NCBI GenBank assembly: GCA_963836115.1
Contig: CAWIIH010000001.1
Location: forward strand, 18,735 to 82,734
Direction: 5' to 3'
Length of the DNA stretch: 64,000 nucleotides
Source of the DNA: an uncultured Acidobacteriaceae bacterium
Lineage (GTDB): Bacteria; Acidobacteriota; Terriglobia; Terriglobales; Acidobacteriaceae
In this document: one piece after another, positions 58,922 through 64,000 of the stretch
Layout: the number at the start of each line of letters is the position of its first letter
Position numbering within the stretch: position 1 is the first letter of the stretch
Notes under the pieces: model-generated
What the model saw: the letters and a program-made list of their open reading frames with translations, nothing else
Database searches by the model: none
What the model was told of the DNA's origin: nothing
Program-made: the position numbers and the translations under genes

Positions 58922-61126
58922 TTGAAGAGCTCATCGCGCCAGCGTGGTCTGTGGAGAATGTTGCTTGTGCTCGCCGTGATGGCGGCGTTCACTCCCGCTG
59001 CCCACGGCCGGGCGCACCATTCCGACGCCTGGGCCCGGGAGCGCTTCGCCACGGCCGAGCGAATGCGCGAGGCGCTGAACGGAAGGCTTCCCGCGGACCG
59101 CACGCGCCGCAATTATCAGCGCGTGCTGAATGCATACCGCTATGTTTATCTGGGAGCGCCCGCTTCCACGAAAGCCGACCCGAGCGTGGTTGCGGTGGCC
59201 GAGACGCTGGTGGAAATGGGACGGCGCTTTAACGACGACAAAATCCTGAAGGAGGCCATCGAGCAGTATAAATTCCTGCGCCGCGAGTATCCCGGCAGCA
59301 GGTATCGTTTCGATGGGCTGTTCACCATCGGCGAAATCTACAAGGACGATCTCAACGATTCCAAGGCCGCCCGCACCGCATTCCAGGAGTTTCTGCGCCG
59401 CTATCCCCACAACCGGCTGGCCGACGATGCGCGTCAGGCCATCGTAGAGATCAACCAAAAAACGCAGGCCGAGAAAGCCGCTGAAGCGCGAAGGGCTGCG
59501 GAGGAAAAACGGTACGGGAAGAACGGCAGCAATAAGAATGGGAGAGTTGCCGGGGACGCTGCTTCTCGTGCGCGGTCTTCTTCTGCGCAATCTTCTTCTG
59601 GAGAATCTTCTTTTGTGCAATCAGGGAAGGATGAATCCCCGGAGGCACGTTCCGAGCGCCTGCCTCGGGTGACGGGCATCCGGCACTGGTCCGCTCCCGA
59701 CTACTCGCGGGTTGCGATTGACCTGGAGAGCAACGTGAAGTTTGAATCCCGTCGGATCGACAGTCCGGCGCGTATCCTCTTTGACCTGCCTGATACCAAG
59801 CTGGCGTCCACACTGGTGGGCAAGAGCCTGGACGTGGATGACGGTTTTCTGAAGAAGGTTCGCGTGGCTCAATTTGCGCCGGGGAGCACGCGGGTGGTGC
59901 TTGAGGTGGACAATCTTTCCGATTACGACGCGTTTCTGCTGCCCAATCCCTACCGGCTGGTCATTGATATTCACGGCAAGGACATTCATGGCAAGAATGG
60001 GCGGATAAAGCAGCCTCGAGACAATGACGCGGGCGAAAACACCTCGGATGCGGCGGATGGGATGTCCTCGCCGAACGCCATCGGCACGGGCTTGAGCGAT
60101 GAGGCGACCGCGTCTGCACCAGACACCGTTGCGGCGGCCAAAAAGTCACCAACTGCGGTGGTCAAGAAAATCGTGGAGGCTGACGATGACGACACCTCCT
60201 CGGCCAGCGTGGCGAAACGAAATGCCCCGGTGACGAAGAGAGGAGCGTTGCCGGCGCGGAGAGCGGTAGTTGCGAAAAATCAGGCGCACAAAGAACTTGA
60301 CGGCAACTCGGAGGCTTCAGATTCGAATGTCGCGCGGGCTTCCGATTTGAGGGTTCGTGAGGCGAGGCCTACCACGGGCGGCGACCGTTCCCTGATTCGA
60401 GCCCTGGGACTGAAAATCGGCAAGATTGTGATTGATCCCGGGCACGGAGGCCACGATACGGGAACCATCGGTCCCAACGGCCTGGAAGAGAAAGATCTCG
60501 TCCTCGATGTGGGCCGGCGTTTGGGCAAGTTGCTGGAGACTCGGCTGGGAGCGGAAGTGGTCTACACGCGGAAAGACGACACGTTCATCCCGCTGGAAAC
60601 TCGCACGGCGGTCGCCAATCAGGCGCGCGCGGATCTGTTCGTCTCCATTCACGCCAATTCGAGCCACGATGCTGCGGCCCGGGGAGTGGAGACCTACTAC
60701 CTGAATTTCACATCGTCGCCGGAAGCGCTGGAGGTGGCGGCGCGGGAGAACGCGGTTTCCGAGAAATCGATCTATGAGTTGCGGGACCTCGTGAAGAAAA
60801 TCGCACTCAAGGAAAAGATCGAAGAGTCGCGGGAATTTGCCGGGGACGTGCAGGAATCGCTGCACAGCGGGCTGGCGGCGAAGAGTCCGGCGATTCGCGA
60901 CCGGGGAGTGAAGAAGGCTCCGTTCATTGTGCTGATCGGGGCGAATATGCCTTCGATTCTTGCCGAGATTTCTTTTGTCAGCAATCCTACCGACGAGCAC
61001 CGGCTTGCCACCAGCGAATACCGCCAGCGCATCGCGGAGTCGCTCTACCGTGGCATCGCCAAGTATGTGAACGGGCTGAGCGGGATGAAGGTGGCCAGCA
61101 AGATGGACAAGGGCACCGGGCAGTAA
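58922..61126 (+). CDS. N-acetylmuramoyl-L-alanine amidase (AmiC-like) with TPR-like N-terminal region and AMIN domain
   Basis: C-terminal Amidase_3 motifs (IDPGHGGHDTG, FVSIHANS, ILAEISFVSN). Central AMIN-like segment (IRHWSAPDYSRVAIDLE). The start is uncertain (TTG 58922 or ATG 58958). Confidence 0.85.
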   Translation: MKSSSRQRGLWRMLLVLAVMAAFTPAAHGRAHHSDAWARERFATAERMREALNGRLPADRTRRNYQRVLNAYRYVYLGAPASTKADPSVVAVAETLVEMGRRFNDDKILKEAIEQYKFLRREYPGSRYRFDGLFTIGEIYKDDLNDSKAARTAFQEFLRRYPHNRLADDARQAIVEINQKTQAEKAAEARRAAEEKRYGKNGSNKNGRVAGDAASRARSSSAQSSSGESSFVQSGKDESPEARSERLPRVTGIRHWSAPDYSRVAIDLESNVKFESRRIDSPARILFDLPDTKLASTLVGKSLDVDDGFLKKVRVAQFAPGSTRVVLEVDNLSDYDAFLLPNPYRLVIDIHGKDIHGKNGRIKQPRDNDAGENTSDAADGMSSPNAIGTGLSDEATASAPDTVAAAKKSPTAVVKKIVEADDDDTSSASVAKRNAPVTKRGALPARRAVVAKNQAHKELDGNSEASDSNVARASDLRVREARPTTGGDRSLIRALGLKIGKIVIDPGHGGHDTGTIGPNGLEEKDLVLDVGRRLGKLLETRLGAEVVYTRKDDTFIPLETRTAVANQARADLFVSIHANSSHDAAARGVETYYLNFTSSPEALEVAARENAVSEKSIYELRDLVKKIALKEKIEESREFAGDVQESLHSGLAAKSPAIRDRGVKKAPFIVLIGANMPSILAEISFVSNPTDEHRLATSEYRQRIAESLYRGIAKYVNGLSGMKVASKMDKGTGQ

Positions 61127-61181
61127 GGCCCTCCGGAAACTTTTCCTCCTCCTCTGTGGTCTAATTACAGAAGGGGATTCT

Positions 61182-62378
61182 GTGCCTAGCGGTCTATCCA
61201 TGCGCGCATCAAGGTTTTTACTCTTGCCAGCTATCGTTGTTTGCCTCGTCAGCGGGGGCTACGCGACCAGCCCGGGAACGGATTCCCCGGCGCCGCCCAT
61301 CCTGCCCAAGCAGTTTGCCGGGTGGCAGATCGAGGGCGCGGCTCAGGCCGCCAAAGACGCGGCTGGCGCCGATCCTACGAATGCCGCGCTGCTCAAGGAA
61401 TACGGGTTCAGGGATTTCGAGGCGGCTACCTACAAGAGTGACGACGGCCGCACGCTGAAACTTCGTGCTGCGCGGTTTGCCGACGCCAGCGGAGCCTTCG
61501 GCGCATATTTGTTCTACGTGCAGCCGGAGATGGCACGGGAAGATATCGGTGATCAGGGTGCATCGGCAGATCCGCGTGTACTGTTTTATCGCGGCCACAT
61601 CCTCGTGGAAGCGGTGTTCAGCCGGGTGTCGCCGATGTCGCCAGCGAATCTGCGCGAACTGGCCGGCTTGTTGCCGCGCCCGGCCGGAAATGCGGGCAAC
61701 CTGCCTCCGATTCTCGCGTTCATGCCGCACCACGGCTACCAGGCGAACACCGAGAAGTATGCCGAGGGACCGCTGGCTCTGGGAGCGATCGCGTCTCCTC
61801 TTCCCGCCGACCTGGTCGATTTTGGGGCCAACCCCGAAGTAGTGCTCGGACAGTACTTGACTCCCGGCGGAGAAGCGACGCTGATGCTGATCCAGTATCC
61901 GACGCCTGCGCTGGCTGCCGAACATTTGCGCCGCATCGATGCCGCCCATCATGCCGCTCAACCCCAGGCCGGAGTTGCGACAATCGAAAACGTCGGACCG
62001 TTTTTCGATAAGCGCACCGGGCCGATCATCGCCATCGCGGCTGGTCCGCTATCGCAGAGTGACGCGCAGACACTTCTAGGGGCGGTGAACTACGAGGCCA
62101 GCGTCACCTGGAACGAGAACACGTATTTCGACAAGAAAAACAACATCGCCAACCTGCTGGTCAACATTATTCTGCTGTGCATTATCGTGGGAGCGATTTC
62201 GCTGGCGGCGGGAGTCGCCTTCGGTGGCGCCCGCGTGCTGTTGCGGCGCTATTTCCCCGGCCCGGTTTTCGGTCGTGCCGATCAAACTGAGTTCATCTCT
62301 CTGGACCTTGGAGAGGCGGCGGCGCAAGGCTCCCCAGCCCGCCCCGAGCCTACCCCAGACACGTCCAATCGTTCATAA
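61182..62378 (+). CDS. secreted/membrane-anchored hypothetical protein
   Basis: 398 aa with a signal peptide and one C-terminal TM helix. No family recognised. Confidence 0.5.
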   Translation: MPSGLSMRASRFLLLPAIVVCLVSGGYATSPGTDSPAPPILPKQFAGWQIEGAAQAAKDAAGADPTNAALLKEYGFRDFEAATYKSDDGRTLKLRAARFADASGAFGAYLFYVQPEMAREDIGDQGASADPRVLFYRGHILVEAVFSRVSPMSPANLRELAGLLPRPAGNAGNLPPILAFMPHHGYQANTEKYAEGPLALGAIASPLPADLVDFGANPEVVLGQYLTPGGEATLMLIQYPTPALAAEHLRRIDAAHHAAQPQAGVATIENVGPFFDKRTGPIIAIAAGPLSQSDAQTLLGAVNYEASVTWNENTYFDKKNNIANLLVNIILLCIIVGAISLAAGVAFGGARVLLRRYFPGPVFGRADQTEFISLDLGEAAAQGSPARPEPTPDTSNRS

Positions 62379-62504
62379 GTGCCTTAGAAGTATTGGCTTA
62401 GGCCTGCTTTGCCAGCCTTTCGTCTCAATGTGAAACAGTTGGCTCGCGTGTTGATTGATTCTGTAAGTGATTGAAACGAAAGACATTTATTTCCCAGAAA
62501 TTGC

Positions 62505-62534
62505 TTGACACCCTGCTTTTTCGGCTCTTAAGAT
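62505..62534 (+). promoter_or_regulatory. sigma70-like promoter
   Basis: TTGACA, 18-nt spacer, TAAGAT. Confidence 0.4.
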
Positions 62535-62540
62535 TTTGTC

Positions 62541-62636
62541 ACAAGAAAGTTTTGACGGAATCTAAAGCCTCCGTTGGAACTATTCTCCCTTGAAAAGAGA
62601 AGGTCGCCCTGTTGCCGGGCGGCCTTTTCGTTTGTT
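62541..62636 (+). ncRNA. candidate ~95-nt structured small RNA
   Basis: Lies between the promoter above and a terminator at 62602-62636. Internal hairpins ACGGA..TCCGT and TTCTC..GAGAA. No ATG. Confidence 0.35.
62602..62636 (+). terminator. Rho-independent terminator
   Basis: 8-bp stem GGTCGCCC/GGGCGGCC (one G-U), 7-nt loop, then TTTTCGTTTGTT. Confidence 0.55.
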
Positions 62637-62877
62637 GCGGAAACCGATCTCGATTTTGTAGCGGGGCAGTGGGGAACAAGCGCAAGTGGACGCAGACACT
62701 CTCAACCAAACTCTTAACGCGCTTGCGTATCATCTATTGGGTATCACGAATTGAGTGGCCGCTCGCGCCGCATAGTTGCACTGATCTTGAACGATTTTCT
62801 TCTCGGTGGGCTGGCCTGCCTGATCATCTGCGGTTGCTCCCGCGGCGATTTGATAAACTGGGACAGTCACACCAGAA

Positions 62878-62953
62878 GCCGACGTAGCTCAGTTGGTAGA
62901 GCAGCCGATTCGTAATCGGCAGGTCAGCGGTTCAAGTCCGCTCGTCGGCTCCA
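62878..62953 (+). tRNA. tRNA-Thr (anticodon CGT)
   Basis: Acceptor GCCGACG/CGTCGGC, anticodon loop TTCGTAA, GGTTCAAGTCC T-loop, encoded CCA. Confidence 0.9.
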
Positions 62954-63071
62954 TCATTTCAGTCACTTGCGCGTCTTCTCACTGCACTCTCAATCACTCC
63001 CGATGAGGCTGGGAGTTCAGGCCTCTTTTGCCTACCACGATCCTCAATCCCTTAGGCAGTAGGGCACCTTC

Positions 63072-64000
63072 CTACTTTGTCTCCGCAGGAAAGTTCAGAC
63101 GAAGGCCCACGCGGTAGAGGATTGGCGGTCCTAGATTGACGATGGGTGTGCGCGCCACCTGGTAGCGCTGGTCGAAGAGATTTTCAGCGGCTGCAAAGAA
63201 CTCGAGGTTCCGGGTGAGGGCGCGGCCAACTTGAATATCCATGGTGAAGAAGCGATCCAGAGGAAGCAGGTTCTGGTCGTCGTCGAATTGCTTGCCCACG
63301 AAGCGTCCCTGAACACTGAACATAAGCCGCGAGGGACGCCAGTAGCGGGCTTCCCAGGTGAAGACATTGCGCGGGACTTGCGCTACCTCCAGACCCACGA
63401 GAGGGATGACGGGAGGTGAAGGGTAACTAACCACCGCGGCGGCGGTGAATTCATAGCCCGCGGAAATCTGGATGTCGCGGTTGACGTGCACCACGCCATC
63501 AAGTTCGACCCCGCGCGAGCGGGTGCGGCCCAGATTCTCTTTTTCCCGCGTAATCAGAGACGACGTCTGGCTAATGGTCACGTTCTGGACGGGATTGACG
63601 ATGTCGCTCCAGAAAAAAGTTCCACGCAGGCCGAGTCTACCCTCCCATCCTGTGATGTTGATTCCAGCTTCCGCGCCGGTCAGGCGCTCGGCGTTCAGAG
63701 ACGGATTGTTGTAGGTCAGGATGTTGCCCACGCGGAACGTGCGGTAGAGTTCATTCAGAGTGGGCGCGCGAAACGCACGGTAGATGGAGCCGGTCAGCGA
63801 GACATGAGGGTTAAGAGATCGCAGCACCGACAGGCGAGGATTAAAAGCCATGTCGCTGCGAGTGGGATATTGCGCGCTGGGCGAAGAAGAACAAGAGCCG
63901 GAGACCGGTGTGCAGATGGAACTCGCGTTGAAATTGCTCCAGTTGTCAAAGCGGCCGGCCGGAATGATGGTCCACTTCTGGCGGAAACGCAGAATGTCTT
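63072..64000 (-). CDS. TonB-dependent receptor, C-terminal beta-barrel part (5' end outside window)
   Basis: The frame is open to the window edge. The C-terminus ...NLFDQRYQVARTPIVNLGPPILYRVGLRLNF is typical of TBDR barrels. Confidence 0.8.
   Translation of the reverse strand, partial: DILRFRQKWTIIPAGRFDNWSNFNASSICTPVSGSCSSSPSAQYPTRSDMAFNPRLSVLRSLNPHVSLTGSIYRAFRAPTLNELYRTFRVGNILTYNNPSLNAERLTGAEAGINITGWEGRLGLRGTFFWSDIVNPVQNVTISQTSSLITREKENLGRTRSRGVELDGVVHVNRDIQISAGYEFTAAAVVSYPSPPVIPLVGLEVAQVPRNVFTWEARYWRPSRLMFSVQGRFVGKQFDDDQNLLPLDRFFTMDIQVGRALTRNLEFFAAAENLFDQRYQVARTPIVNLGPPILYRVGLRLNFPAETK

Noticed and set aside
62397-62412. sigma54-like element TGGCTTAGGCCTGCTT after the 61182-62378 gene
   Set aside because: The GG-to-GC spacing is one base short of the -24/-12 consensus, and no downstream gene fits.

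Overview
High-GC bacterial chromosomal segment. Gene content and the abundant GC-rich REP-like intergenic elements suggest Acidobacteriota (Terriglobia-like), but that assignment is inference. Most of the window is housekeeping. This includes Kdo/LPS genes (kdsA, kdsC, kdsD), pyrG, the tldD/pmbA pair, and cell-wall genes (PBP1A, M23 peptidase, SLT transglycosylase, AmiC-type amidase, RodZ-like). It also includes the SAM cycle (metK, ahcY, a Cys/Met PLP enzyme), proS, tmk-holB, an Lhr helicase and three tRNAs (Ser-GGA, Ala-GGC, Thr-CGT). Signalling genes include an FHA-GAF-sigma54 activator, an atypical LuxR-type regulator next to a PilZ protein, a STAS protein, a CheY-like receiver, a PP2C phosphatase, a GAF-GGDEF cyclase and an ECF sigma/anti-sigma pair. 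Small accessory insertions are interspersed: four complete type II TA modules (mazEF-like, hicBA, relE/parD-like, vapBC) and an orphan RHH gene. My best candidate for a new system is a ~1.9 kb AT-richer islet at the 3' end of tRNA-Ala. It is bounded by a tRNA-derived direct repeat and carries only a ParA-like ATPase and a HEPN-like (Rx4H) protein. A second candidate is a small-RNA locus: tandem palindromes, a sigma54-type promoter and an intrinsic terminator, divergent from the sigma54 activator gene. Other observations: a duplicated ahcY 3' end bracketing a TA module, an AT-rich stretch with a fragmented B12-binding radical SAM gene, and intergenic hairpins whose arms are tandem 7-nt words. 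At least ten genes, including essential kdsA and proS, show single-nucleotide frame breaks, many of them at homopolymer runs. I read this mainly as assembly indel error, so pseudogene calls here are provisional. No rRNA, CRISPR array, integrase or transposase was seen.
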